A stretch of DNA of 20,000 bases from Halocafeteria seosinensis (lineage: Eukaryota). Below, piece by piece: positions 1 to 12,094 of this stretch (positions are counted from its first letter, which is position 1; each line of letters starts with the position of its first letter). The notes beneath the pieces are model-generated. The model did no database searches. It had not been told where the DNA came from and saw nothing but the letters and a program-made list of their open reading frames with translations. The stretch is taken from positions 122,750 to 142,749 of the forward strand of contig LVLI01000175.1 of the NCBI GenBank assembly GCA_001687465.1, read 5' to 3'. The position numbers were made by a program, and so were the translations under genes.

Positions 1-1
1 C

Positions 2-691
2 ACCGAACAAGCCGATGCGTGGTACTGGATTCTGTCATTCTTGTTTTCGACAACGTTCTCCGCGGTTGAGCGTGTCTGGCAAGATCGAGCTTTCCACGAC
101 ACCGGACGCGCGTCTCAGCCCATCAAGGAAGCTGTTTGTCTGTTTTGGTACAATTTGTATTCACTGGTGTGGTATGTTTTGGCGATACTGTGTGAGGCTG
201 CCCCCTATCTCAACGGGACTAACGAGGAGATGTCGTTTCGTGAAGCATTCCGTAACCAGGGAGATGCATTTCGCTGCTTTGCACAAGAGCAACCTCAACA
301 CACAGATGGCAAAGACTGTCGCGATGGAGCACTTTTGTGGCCTATTGTATTTGTCGTAGGATATTGTGGAATGTTTTATGCGAATGCCGTGCTCATTATG
401 CGATACGGGGTGCTGTACGCGGCACTGGTCAGCTCTACCGTGCAGCTGACATCGACACTTGCGTTTTCATGGAATGATTTGGTCGGCGATGCTAACACCG
501 TAGCTTTTTCTGTGTACCCTATCATTGGTTGTGTTTGCGTCTTTATCGGAGTTGCTATCAAAGGCCTGCCCGGGCGTTTGGATGAACAGCAAGCTGAAGT
601 GGAACTTGAGTCCAACATTGAACATACCGGTTCGAAGGCTGAGCAAGTGCTTGGTCCGTATTCCCCGCTAGAAGAATCAGTATCAGTATGA
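2..691 (+). CDS. C-terminal part of a multi-pass membrane transporter, CRT-like (DMT superfamily); 5' end lies outside the window
   Basis: Frame is open from position 2 (TEQADAWYWILSFLFSTTFSAVERVWQDRAF). Several hydrophobic helices. A loop with paired Cys (NQGDAFRCF...C..GALLWPIVFVVGY) followed by 'VLIMRYGVLYAALVSS...STLAFSW' recalls CRT-like family proteins. Confidence 0.6.
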   Translation, partial: TEQADAWYWILSFLFSTTFSAVERVWQDRAFHDTGRASQPIKEAVCLFWYNLYSLVWYVLAILCEAAPYLNGTNEEMSFREAFRNQGDAFRCFAQEQPQHTDGKDCRDGALLWPIVFVVGYCGMFYANAVLIMRYGVLYAALVSSTVQLTSTLAFSWNDLVGDANTVAFSVYPIIGCVCVFIGVAIKGLPGRLDEQQAEVELESNIEHTGSKAEQVLGPYSPLEESVSV

Positions 692-1346
692 TTGATTATC
701 TTTTGCAGCGTGATAATCTAAAATGTAAATCATGATGAATGGCAAACACAAGTACAGTAAAATACACTACACTACCAAGTAGAATACATTTTCATACCAT
801 TTGACTTGCTCAATGGCTGTTTACCTATATCGATGCTTGTCGAAACTGCAGTGATCGTTGGAAGAGGAAAGAATCGAAACGTGTCATTTTGCAGGTTGCC
901 TCTCAGAGTAAGCACATGAAGGGTCTTGCGAAACACATCTATCGTAAGAAGATCAGGTAGGTAATATGTACAACCTTCAACAAGTCAGTGCGGGGTTCGC
1001 TTATGACGAGACAGAGGTTTATACACTAGTCACCGTTGATACCACCAGGAGAGTCACCCAAGAGCCGGTTGCAGTTCGCGGTGCAGAACACTACATTGGC
1101 TGCGCGCTCGACTTCGTTGTGAAATGGAAACAACCGTATTCACAGGGAATATACCGGGGCACGAAGTACGGCATCATCAACAGATTTCGAATTCTTGGGC
1201 CTACATGATTATTATACGCTTTGACGTCTGTATGTAGATGCTCAACCTTTTTATTAAGGCTTCGCACTGTAGGTTTCCCCTTTTTGTCTTTCGATGTTAC
1301 CGAACAAGCAACAGCGATTTCGATGCCAATGTGCCACTGCTTGCTA

Positions 1347-2160
1347 TCATGTGGTTTTTTGCTTTCTCTGATCTCCACCCGCCACGGTAGACCAGAGTGC
1401 AGCCCCTTCTCTGCGTATCCCGTCCACACTGCGCTGGACGAAAGATGATTCAGGATCGAAGTCGTCTTCGAGTAAGTTCTGAGTTTGAGTGTTTCTGTCC
1501 GCCAATGAGGCGCGTTCGTTCTGCATTTGGACCTGGCGGAAAAATTGTGCCGTTTGGGCGCGTATTAATCGACGAACGGCCACTGTCGCTACAAGTATCT
1601 CAACAATATAGAAAGCAATTTGAAACCAACCAGCTATCCTGTCAATTGGAAGTTTCCACCCGATGGATAAGAACGTCAGCACACCCATGAATGGGAAAGT
1701 GGGAAATATTGTCAGCATTAGAAACGCTGAAAGCTCAGGGATGCGCTGCTTTACATTCCCCGAGTACCCTATCCGTAACCTCGCAATCTCTGCTATCGCC
1801 CACAGACTAAACAAGCTAGGTTGTACAATCATAGCTGCCGTGGGTCCATCTTTGAAGACGTTGGACTGCATACGCAACACACGCAAACAATCATCAGTCA
1901 ACTAGCTCTGAGCTGCATCCGCACGCCGAGGTACTATTCTCACCTTGTACACTAGAGACGTAATTATAGTGATCATATAGGCTATAGAATACAGTATGTT
2001 GAAATATAGCAGCTGCTGCAGTCTGAAGCTCGAGTAGGAGGGTTGGACTGCAAGTCATAAATGGTCCATCCCATCATACACAACTTCCAGATACGCATTG
2101 TACCAAACATTTGCTTCGTTAGAGTCAACAATTACTAGTGTACGTACCTGAGAGAGGCAT
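1347..2160 (-). CDS. TMEM17/TMEM216/TMEM80-family ciliary transition-zone membrane protein; exons 2160-2148, 2047-1944, 1865-1347
   Basis: The spliced product reads MPLSVQPSYSSFRLQQLLYFNILYSIAY...VYK|SNVFKD...AEIARLRIGYSGNVKQRIPELSAFLMLTIFP. The SS.LQ.LYFN and E..RL..GY.GN....PEL motifs are typical of this family. Both introns are GT..CAG and keep frame. Confidence 0.85.
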
Positions 2161-2961
2161 GATAAACAGCTACGATGGTAACAATCTAGTCCTCTATCCG
2201 CCTCCTGTTGCTCATGCAGACTCCTCACAGACCCGAAATGACAATCACCCGTTGCGCACTGCCTCTGCTAACCAAATTCGCGACCATGGTACCTTCCATA
2301 ATGCATCGATACGCGTGAAATAAGGAACTATTGCCTTGCATTTGAATTCCAGTAACGAAGTCCTTTTGTGAAGCTGTTGCCTCAACTTCAACCATTGACT
2401 CCAGGGACACAGCCGCCTCTTGGTGCTCCCCTAGGGGGAAACTACAAAAAGGGTCCGGGGTGACTGGAGCGTCCCTGCAGAAATCGGAGATAGATATATG
2501 GAGAAATCGGAAATGTATGGATAGATGGGATATTTTTCATCAAAGTGCCGGTTTTATATTTTTCAGGTGAGGCAGACGGAGCGATCAATAGAAGCAATAA
2601 AGTGCTCCGACGGGAGGATTGTGGGGACAAACCGAGCTGAATTCTTCGTTTCTAAGGAATTATTGAGGCATGCATGAGTGGTTCATCACTTGTCGTTTAA
2701 TTGTACTAGATATCCTTCAAAAAACTTGGTGAGGTTTAGGGAATTGCAAGTGGAAGGAGCGTCGTTTCTGCTGCCAAAAACAGGGTATTCAGCAATTTTC
2801 ACGGGGTTGATTTATGGAATCATTCTGCATCATTGTTTGCGGTTCTTGACGCTTAAATAAGCGTTGGTCAGAGTTCCGTTTTAACCGGAAGAAGGAAGAG
2901 GTTTTCTGGTCTACCTGGAAGGCTATTGTCGTTAAAGGATAGTGGAGCCAACGCTTGAAGA

Positions 2962-5163
2962 ATGCAGAAGAGAGGCGGTAAGAGTGATAAACGAGGTGGA
3001 ACTAAAGGCCCCGTGACGTATCATGCAAAGCCGCAGCCTGAGAAACAGGCACCACCTCGGAAACAGAATACGGTGTTAACACTGAAGAAAGCAACTGGCG
3101 AATCAAGCTGGAGTCCTAAACCTGAAGCAGAAACCGAATCTAAGGAGACGCAACCACCAGCTCTGTTAAGCGAGCTATTTAAAGCGAGTGGAAACAGTAA
3201 CCAATCGAAAGCGTCTGGACAAGAGTCATCGGAAAAGGTTGATGCTCCTTCTGCTTCCGACTTGGAGGCTCAATTGGTGCAAAATGTGCAGACTTCCAAA
3301 CCTGCAGCAAATAGCCGCTCGAGCCAGTCTGATTCGGCACCCTCCGTGAATACATTGTTTAGCATGGCCTCTCAAGGAACACTTGTTGGTGCCTCAGAAG
3401 CCAAGGTGGCAACTGAGCTAGAGCAGCAGCTGCCCAAGACGGACCAATCCTCGGGTAAACGACATCCCAAAGGTGCCAAAGACGCACCAGTTGCTGCGCT
3501 CTCTACTGCACAGCCACGTAGCGCTTCACGCGCCGAAGCTGTAACATATACAATGAAAGAGCTGAAGAAAATGCAAATACCAGTAATCAACGCGATGAAA
3601 TTATTTGTCTCTGCGGAGTACGAACTGCACAATGAGGAGGGCATGCGAAAGGCTTTTTTGGATGGAGAGTTGCCGAGCCCACCTGAACTTGCGGCGGTGG
3701 GCTATGAAGGTTTCGAGGAACTCACACCTTTCGACATGACTCTCTTACCGACAGAGTTGCCATCCGCACGTTCGCGCACGCAGAAAAAGGGGGAGACAGG
3801 GACCTCGCAGGGATGGAGAAATTCTGACCGACAACGGCGTGACCATCATGCCGGTGAGGCCAACGGGAAGCCGCCAAAAGAGTGGGCCATCCCTGCCAAA
3901 GAAGGTGAACCTCATTCTGCGATGCCGGCACAAGATGATTTTCTGGACAAGAAGCGTGCTTTTGAAGAGGAGCACCAAAGAAGGCTAGCTGAACGTTCAA
4001 GGCATAATGTGAGCTCTGGCAGGGCAGAAGCGCTCGGTGAAGCCTTCTTCGAAGAAACGGAGACTGACCAAGGACGAGCTGATGAAGGAAGTGATGAACA
4101 CTCTGGTGGTATCCAAGGAGAAGCTGTTGGCGACGCAATAGAGGCCTCTCCTATTGCGGATACGTCAGAAGATGCCAATGTGGAACAAGTGAGTGAGAAC
4201 CAGGAAACAGAGAAAGATACTGGTTGGGGGAAAAAGGATGCTGACCCCTTTGGATGCGGATTGTTTTTCTCCTCGGCGGATGAATTTGGTGGAAAGTCTA
4301 CGATTGACAAACTCTCTGCTGCGTTCCAAGGGGGAGGCTTCGGTTCGGCGTTAGGGTTCGGCCTGCCATGGGAGTCTTCCGAGTCTACCTCAGGAGGTGG
4401 ATCGCTATTCGGGTCGGATTCCTTTGGGGGACGGATTGACTCATCTGCGCGAGCTGAACATAATGAACTTAAAGTTGTACAGGGTACTGAATTCTCGCAA
4501 GGCGATTTCGACGTGGATGACGGGGAAAACAAAACGGGCTCTTCTAAGAGTGACAAACTGTCAGACGGCAATACAGCTCACAAGGCCGAGCTTGACATAC
4601 TGTCTAAAGGGGCGCAGCGATCTCGCCAAAAACCTGCGGCTTCCCTTGCAGGAACGGAGCTCTCTGCGAACGGTGTCTCACCACCGCCGGATATGCAAGC
4701 ATTTCTGGGGAGTCAAAGCAGCACAACACATTCATCTGTTCAATTTGCGGCCCCGTATTCCCAGAGTGACTCGCCGACCAACACCGCTACTAATGTTGGT
4801 TCCAATACGGGGCTCCTGAGACCTCCCCCAGGCTTCAACTCGCCAAGCGGAGCAACCTATCCCTCTAGTTTGGAAGCAGGAACACCACTTGGCGGCGCTC
4901 AACCACCCGTGGCCCAGCCCCCGCCGGCACCGGCTGACCGACGAACAGTCTCTGGGACAGCTTCAGATAAGTTTCCCACAAGTACCAAACCAAGTGCTAC
5001 CAGCCGTGGTGTCTCTAAGCAGCCACAAGGAGACAACACTCAGCAGCAAAAACAACGTACGGCTCAGAAAGCAAAGAATTCGAACGAAAGTAGCCAACAG
5101 CGGAAGGAAACAAAGCCTAGCAAAATGGTACCACCGGCTGTTATGAGGAAAGTCAAAAAATAA
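2962..5163 (+). CDS. 733-aa low-complexity, mostly disordered protein; possible eIF4E-binding / P-body scaffold
   Basis: Long uninterrupted ORF rich in S/E/G/Q/P. Short motifs include YTMKELKKM, LLSELF, VNTLF, SDLEAQL, TELEQQL, PKEW and C-terminal MVPPAVMRK. The ORF is well supported; the function is speculative. Confidence 0.8.
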   Translation: MQKRGGKSDKRGGTKGPVTYHAKPQPEKQAPPRKQNTVLTLKKATGESSWSPKPEAETESKETQPPALLSELFKASGNSNQSKASGQESSEKVDAPSASDLEAQLVQNVQTSKPAANSRSSQSDSAPSVNTLFSMASQGTLVGASEAKVATELEQQLPKTDQSSGKRHPKGAKDAPVAALSTAQPRSASRAEAVTYTMKELKKMQIPVINAMKLFVSAEYELHNEEGMRKAFLDGELPSPPELAAVGYEGFEELTPFDMTLLPTELPSARSRTQKKGETGTSQGWRNSDRQRRDHHAGEANGKPPKEWAIPAKEGEPHSAMPAQDDFLDKKRAFEEEHQRRLAERSRHNVSSGRAEALGEAFFEETETDQGRADEGSDEHSGGIQGEAVGDAIEASPIADTSEDANVEQVSENQETEKDTGWGKKDADPFGCGLFFSSADEFGGKSTIDKLSAAFQGGGFGSALGFGLPWESSESTSGGGSLFGSDSFGGRIDSSARAEHNELKVVQGTEFSQGDFDVDDGENKTGSSKSDKLSDGNTAHKAELDILSKGAQRSRQKPAASLAGTELSANGVSPPPDMQAFLGSQSSTTHSSVQFAAPYSQSDSPTNTATNVGSNTGLLRPPPGFNSPSGATYPSSLEAGTPLGGAQPPVAQPPPAPADRRTVSGTASDKFPTSTKPSATSRGVSKQPQGDNTQQQKQRTAQKAKNSNESSQQRKETKPSKMVPPAVMRKVKK

Positions 5164-5248
5164 GGGTGAAGATGCTTAGTTTCGTGCCTACCTGCAGACG
5201 CATTATGGGACTAACAGTTTAAGAGTACCAAGCAGGCGCTGTCTATTT

Positions 5249-6714
5249 TCAATGCTCTTGGGTCCAGTTGATGCTCTTGATGTCGATTCCTTCCTGGACC
5301 ATCTCCCACAGAGGGCTCATCTCCCGAAGACGCGTGACGTGTTGTACACACAGGTCAATAGCGTAGTCAATTTCTTCCACTGTGGTGAACCTCCCTATTC
5401 CGAAACGGATACTCGTATGTGCCAAGTCTTCTCCTACCCCGATTGCCCTCAACACGTAAGACGGTTCCAATGAAGCCGACGTGCACGCGGACCCGGAGGA
5501 GACCGCAATGTTCTTTAGAGCCATCAGAAGAGACTCCCCCTCTACGTAAGCAAAAGAGAAGTTGATATTGCCGGGATAACGGTGCTCGGCAGAGCCATTT
5601 AGGATTACTTCGGAAACTTGGGAGGTTATGCCGTCATACAGTCTCTTGCTTAAGAAATCGATCCACTCTTGATCATTTTTCATCTCTTCCTGCGCTACTT
5701 TACACGCAGCTCCTAGACCGACTGCCAAGGGGCCGGGCACAGTCCCACTTCGCAACCCTCTTTCTTGACCACCACCAGACATCATTGGTTCGATTCTGAC
5801 TCTGGGTTTCCGACGGACATACAGCGCTCCGACACCTTTCGGTCCGTACAGTTTGTGCCCAGAGATGGACATCAAGTCGATGTTCATATCATCAACGTCA
5901 ATAGGCATTTTTCCGACCATTTGTGCCGCATCACAGTGAAACTTTACTTTGTTTTCCCGGCACACCTGTCCAATTTCTTTAAGGGGTTGTACAACTCCTA
6001 TTTCGTTGTTGACACCCATTATGCTCACGAGTGCGGTATCCTCACGAATCGCATTTCGCAGATCATTGACATCAACGATACCTCCTTCATCTACCGGCAA
6101 GTACGTAACCTCAAAGCCTTCTAGTTCCAGTGCTCGGCAGCTATCCAGCACACATTTGTGCTCTGTTTGTGTAGTAATTACATGCCCTTTCTTTTTTCTG
6201 TAGAACCGGGGAACTCCCTTGACAGCCATGTTGTTGGCTTCCGTCGCTCCACTTGTGAAGATGATCTCTTTTGAGTTGGCTCCAATAAGGCCGCCCACTT
6301 GTTCCCTGGCAGTTTCCATTGCTGATTCGGCTTCCCATCCATATTCGTGAGTTCTAGAATGAGGATTTCCGTATTGGTGCGTCAGGAAAGGCATCATGGC
6401 ATCCAGGACGCGTGGGTCCATCGGTGTCGTGGACTGCACCATTCCAAACAACACAATAAAGCTTCCATTCACCCACTCTTAACGATATCCTGGCTTACCT
6501 GAAAATCCAAATAAGCTGCTCGTCCTTCGACATTCTTCCCTTTGATGGAGAACCTGCTGTCTACATTCCCCGAGTCCGTGGCCACTTCAGAATTGCTTTC
6601 CTGGCGCAAGGGCGCTGAAATGCTGTACCCCCTAGCAGCCGTCTGTACAGTGGAGACGCTTCTCAGGGAGCTTCGATAGCCACGGAGGAGAGTTCCTGCC
6701 ACTGATCGCATCAT
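5249..6714 (-). CDS. NFS1: Mitochondrial cysteine desulfurase (IscS family), about 466 aa; exons 6714-6499 and 6433-5249
   Basis: [14 protein letters not shown] spans a 65-nt GTAAGC..GCAG intron. Motifs: [22 protein letters not shown] lysine [11 protein letters not shown], catalytic Cys [17 protein letters not shown], and C-terminal [10 protein letters not shown]. The N-terminus is an R/S-rich presequence-like segment. Confidence 0.97.
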
Positions 6715-7404
6715 TTTGTCCCCTCAAGCTCTGCACAAAAGCATCCACACACACGTCAGACCCAAGTAAACGCGTGCCTTGTTTTCTTCGCGGACAAAGG
6801 CAATAACGTGGCCAAATCAAGACAACGGAAGCATGCAGTCTTTGAACAGCATATTCTCCATTTAATCATTCACTTGGAACTATTACCGTATCGTCGAGCT
6901 CTGGAGGACAAGACAAGAAGGGGACTCACTTACCCTTGGAAGGAAGCACGCGTACAGCAGAGCGAGTGCTCTTGTTTGTGTCTATACGTGAAGAAGAAAA
7001 AACGAAAATGCAGTTTCACTTGAAAATTAAATTGAGGCACTTGGCTGGACAAAACCACGAAAATTAGAATGTATCATGATGAATGCCAGACCTCCTACCC
7101 TAGGCAAAGTGGGCCATTTCAACTTCAAGTGGCTCAGCCGGGTTCAGTCAGCCCTCAGGCTTAGAGAAGGCGGAAGCACGAAGTACCGGGCAACGATGCC
7201 CACAAGTGAATTTTTGTTACAAGCATGGTGGTTCAAGTTAACATGGGGTAACAGGTTAAGAAGCGAGAATAGTGGTCGAAATGGCAGTCTATTCACCCAC
7301 CAAATGAATCGATAAATTATGTTGGACTTGTTAAATGTTGTACCAAGTTGTACAAAACTCTTTCGATGCAGGGGAATTTCGATATAATTCCCCATTTGTG
7401 TGCT

Positions 7405-10400
7405 TCACGACTCTTCGTAGTCCATGATCAGTGAAGCATGATCCCCCAGTAGCTGCCTCCGGGCTTCGCTCTCGTCAGCTATACCTAGACTATCTTTCAT
7501 CCTATCGCTGAGTGGCATTCCCTGTAAAATGCGTGCCAACAGCATACTTTGACGGTATCCTGCACATCCATGAATATTTAAACTAGTTCTCCTTCTGGAA
7601 ATGAAAGTTGTCTCTACAAAGGAAGGGTCTACAATGATATTCCCAGATCTGAAAATTCAAACACAAAGTTGAAACACATGGAAACACCTTGACCCAAGAG
7701 AAGAATACGAACCTATCCATCCAAACATGCTTTCCTACATGTTTGTACATACAACAAAATTTGGGCATCCCAGTGATTAAGTCTCCATCGGTAGCGATTC
7801 GAAATGTCCATGGGACGCGTTTCTCATACTGCGCAAACAGAGCATTAAAATGTTGCGAATGTGTACACGTCGCTATTGGATAGAACAGCTTACTTGAGAC
7901 GAAAACGTCCGATTCCCGACTCGTGGCGAACCAAACGTGTAAACAAATATAAAGCTATCCGTTTCTTCGTCATCATCTCCTTGGTCTTGGCCACTGATCC
8001 ACGCCTTTGCCGCAGAAGTTACCCGGTCCGCTTCCTCGGCAGGCGGGAGCCCAACTCCACAATATGAATCAGTATCGGACAGGTCACGAATGGCTTCACT
8101 CAACCTCCTTTCCTTTTTCAGTGCAGCTTCGACATCCTCCGGCGGCTGCTCCTCTCCAGAGGCTTTTTGACCACTGTCTGTAGAGTTGATACGCCGCGGC
8201 TTGGTATATTCGGTACTCTCATACAAGGTCCTCGGTGATGCTTCGTCAGATGAAACCAATTGGGCCGACAAAGGACGACCCACACTGCTGCTAGTATATT
8301 GTGAGCTACGCGACCTGTCGGGAGACAAGTTAAATGTGCGGCGTAAAGAGCCCGACACACCATCCCAGAGCGAGCGGATAGCACCAAACATATTCCTAGA
8401 GCTGCTTCTCCGTTCGAGTCCCATGGCCTCGAATTGAAGGCGAATATCAGCAACCATATCTTTACAATCATATGCAGCTATTGTAGCCAATGCGCCACCC
8501 AAGCTGTGGCCGGTACAGTAAAGCTTTGCGTTGGCACCCGCATTTGCGAGAGCAGAGCGTAGGATGTTATGGAGTGGATCCTTCACAGATGCATAAGCAT
8601 CCCAGAAACCTCGATGGATCAAAGGAAGGACTTGCCTCACACCGGGAATATTCGCTGGTAAAGCATGCGATCCTGCTGTAGCAAATTCCGCAGCTTTCAG
8701 ACTGACTTTCACATCTGTAAATACATTCTTGCGGCTGACAGTCCCGCGGAAGGCGACAACCACTCTATAAGTTCTTCGGAACACCACAGCAACTGTATCA
8801 GTCTTTTGACTGTATATGAATCCCTCAATAGAAAAACCGTGTGGTATGGGATCAAGTGGTCCAGCACTTGATTCAGTGAGTTGGGAGCTTCCTTTGATTT
8901 GTCCATCTTCGGGAGTCTCTGAGTCAGCATCAACGCGTGGAGTATCTACCGGATCAAAATAAGCCGCCCAAGCAAAATCAAATAGCCAACACCCGTCTTC
9001 AAACGAGAAAGGGCGCTTGTTCGTATCCGTTCCAGCACCGGTAACTACGCCCAAAACGTTCATCATTCCATGTTCCAGCTTCTCCATCATAGTGGTGGGA
9101 GGTCGTCCTGATTGAGGTGGGAGATAACAGTAAAATAAAAAGAACGCATACACTGTCACTAAAAGGTATACCCCAATCGGTTGAAAACCCTCGGAAACGT
9201 TTTGAACCATACTTGCAAGCCTGGCCGTAGTGCTTTGACTGCCGTGATCTGCTCCATTTGCGGAACTTGTTCGAGCGACCTGAACGAACCATTTGATTAG
9301 GGGAATTGCATTGGTAATAACCGTAAAGATCACAACTACAATGGTCTGCCACACCAAGAACCGGAAAATGAGCTGCTGAAAACGCGTTTGAGCATAAGGC
9401 AGTTTATTTAACACCCTTCGGGTTTTGGCCAGCGAATGGAAGAACCAGATGAGCCAAACAAGGAGGAGTATCACATAGCTCACCCCCAAAGCGACAGTAA
9501 GTTTCAGTAAAGTATCATTCGTTTGACGGATTCCGAAAATCTCCAATTCCGTCCCTCCAGAGATTAACTGAGGTTGACGAACAACATGCATCCCGATCGT
9601 CACCAGGCAGAAGAAAAAGACAAAAACCAATTTCGGTACATAGAAAGATAGAGGATACTCTCTTCTGTAAGGATCTGGCTGTCTCAAACCGTCGACCATC
9701 ATTATCCAAGTGACGAAGACAACTGACCAGGCAACAGAGCTAATAGACTCAGCAACCACGCTAGCCACTGCGCCACTGTCACCTTCCATTTGCATGATCA
9801 CAAAGACAGGATTGTGCCACCAGAATAGTGCAACAATCATCCAGAAAACCCATCGTCTCTGTGGTAGCCACAGCTTCCAAAACTCAAGATGGCGAAAGCA
9901 ACGTTTGACATCGTATAGCACGTTGGGCTCTGGTGAGGCTTGATGGTAATACGAGTTCACGTAATAGACCCATATGACAGCAAATATTAGAGTTAACAAG
10001 GCTAATATACCTCTCATTGCAATGACAAATGCTCGAAACGATGGCCTCCGGTAGCTGAGCACGACAGTTGTTTCCTCTGCTTGCACAGTGAGTTCTGTTA
10101 TGTTTTGTTGGACAAGGGTGGTCATCAGATACGATCGAAAACCCCCTTTACTTCTCCCCCATGATGTTGTCGACGTATCAAATACCTGGACGTCAGAACA
10201 CCCCTTTTCGGAAGAGCACTGTAGCTCCAGGTTAGATATCTCTTGACTGCTGTAGGCTCTTGACCACCCTGGGATGTTTCGCCGCAGCGAGCACTGCTCC
10301 GTAAATGTATCGTCTACTGCAATGTCCTTGTGTCTCTCAGGTGCCCCAAAAAACTTTGAAGCAAACGAGATATGTGTATGAATCTTGTGGTGGGGACTCT

Positions 10401-10879
10401 CTGCAAGATATATTGCCAAATGTACCCTGGAGACATGTTGGTTGTTAGGCTGCACTTACTGATGTTCAAATCCACAGCGAATGACCCTGCGTCGGGGTCT
10501 ATGTCGCCCGCTATAGCAGTCCACTCTGAGCGCTGGAATGTACCATTCTGGTCAAAACATAGCTTGTAGCATCCATTACCCGGCTCCAGCACCATGTTTG
10601 GAGCAGCACATTCCACCATGTCGTACGTGATGTGTTTCCTGTCATACCCTAATTCCGTAATCGCTACAAGCACAATGGCAGCGACGAGTGTCGTGTACGT
10701 GCAACATATCGTCGACCGCACAGCTGCATCATCGTCCGAAAAACAGTGCTTCTTCTCAAGTGGAGGGAAATCAGCTTCAACATACCTGTGGATTCTAGAG
10801 TTTCCAAGCGTATATGAGGCCGTACACTCTTCACTGGCATTTTTCGTTAATGCTGCTGTAGTTCTTACCACCACTCCAT
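7405..10879 (-). CDS. Multi-pass membrane domain fused to a C-terminal class-3 lipase, about 1067 aa; exons 10879-10869, 10785-10460, 10400-7894, 7828-7713, 7648-7405
   Basis: Lipase_3 motifs VVVAFRGT, IHRGFWDAY, CTGHSLGGALA, YTFGSPRVGN, FRIATDGDLITGMP, YKHVG and a putative catalytic His in SLNIHGCAGY. Four GT-AG introns (83, 59, 65, 64 nt) join into one 3204-nt frame. About 7-8 hydrophobic helices precede the lipase. The 11-nt first exon is the least certain part. Confidence 0.85.
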
Positions 10880-11245
10880 TCTTCAATAATGTATCTGAAA
10901 ATGTCTCAATTTTGATATATTGGAAACTAACAATCCATTCATTCCAAATGAACCTAATTCAATAGGCTAATTGTCGTCTTCACAGCTGAGAGCCCAAGCA
11001 CTGGAAGGGCTACCCAGAGCCTCTGGGCCAGAGGCTGCACGGACGTGGGAACCGGCATCATGGCTTCAGAAAGACCTGGGTAGCTGCACCTTCTTCGATC
11101 TCGAGCAGGAGATGTACTTTAATCTGGGCTATGATGACGAAAATGAGGTGGGGACGGAATTTCTGGGGAGCCCCCTCCCGCGTCAGGTGGAGGCTTGTCA
11201 TTGGTCACAAGAACCAACTGACCCAAGAAATTCTTGGCAAAAATG

Positions 11246-11478
11246 CTGAAATTTTGTACAGCGCGTTGCTAAGTTATTGTGCAAAATGGTCAAATTGGGT
11301 ATTGTGAAATATCTGAGTATTGTATTACCGTGCGAACCATGTACAGTAGACACAGTGCGGCGGGTCCGTCCGTGCGGCCTGCAACTTGCAAGTCCCCACG
11401 CTAAGTAAAACGCGGAATAACTTCGTATCCAGCGCTCACTATCACTACACTTAGTGTATGTAGATCACAAGGTCGGTT
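11246..11478 (+). repeat. Dispersed ~200-260 bp repeat, copy 1
   Basis: Shares ctgaaattttg, gctaagttattgt, aattgggtattgtg, atctgagtattgtattaccgt, ggaataacttcgtatccagcgctcacta and tcacaag with 18066-18324; the core is also in both inverted arms. Confidence 0.9.
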
Positions 11479-11762
11479 GTCACCCTACTTCTGCCAACTT
11501 GGCTCCTTTCAATGCATACAGGTATCTGCGGCCAGCTGATAAGCAACAATGTACTGTACCGGGTACGGTATTCCGCTGCACTACTGTATCACTGTGCTAC
11601 AACCACCGTTATGAAGGCCTTCTTCTTATCTTCGGCACTTTGATACCTAAGTTCGATAAAGATGTCAGTTTGCGGATAGCACCATGGAAACTCAACGTTT
11701 CAACATGACGCAGTTGCGAGCACCGTCTAGGCGCGCACACATGGTAATGCTCGTCTGGCTCG

Positions 11763-12094
11763 TCATGGTTCCTGTAGCCCAGCCTGTTTCCCAACCAGCA
11801 TCGGTTGGACACACACGACGCAATCAGAGATTCCATCGCAGGATCTCTCACATACATTTTCTGCGATAATGTTGCTATGCAAGTTTGTGCTTTGAAACCC
11901 AAAGCAGTAGTAATGGGCCTGAGCGGAAGTTGGATTTGGTATTGTCCAGCCTCCACATGCGCGCCGCTGGAACGGGAACAACGCATACCGGTCGATACTG
12001 GGGACTGCGTTGCTGAACAAATAGTTGTCGATGAGCAAATTGTCTCAGTGAACGTACCGGCGACATCGCGGTATGTTTCTCCGCAGAGACGCAA
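11763..12094 (-). other. Possible fragment or relic of a Cys-rich (PAN/apple-like?) gene
   Basis: A 37-nt AG/GT-bounded mini-exon (LRLCGETYRDVA) can splice over a 52-nt GTACGT..GCAG intron into VPSIDRYALFPFQRRACGG...NVCERSCDGISDCV. No complete gene model was found. Confidence 0.25.

Noticed and set aside
895..956. AG/GT-bounded exon-like segment (VASQSKHMKGLAKHIYRKKI) and nearby short ORFs at 966-1429
   Set aside because: No coherent gene model or recognisable motif could be built.
5164..5248. Only 85 bp between convergent stop codons
   Set aside because: Common in compact protist genomes.
3372..6203. Antisense ORFs such as 3912-4571 and 5765-6124
   Set aside because: Shadows of the 733-aa gene and NFS1, with no independent protein features.
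10971..11249. 92-aa ORF upstream of the lipase gene
   Set aside because: Non-ATG start in a eukaryotic context and no recognisable domain.
11417..11428. ATAACTTCGTAT, 12 of 13 bases of a loxP arm, also at 18260-18271
   Set aside because: Only a half-site, with no inverted second arm after an 8-bp spacer and no recombinase gene. It recurs simply because it is part of the dispersed repeat.
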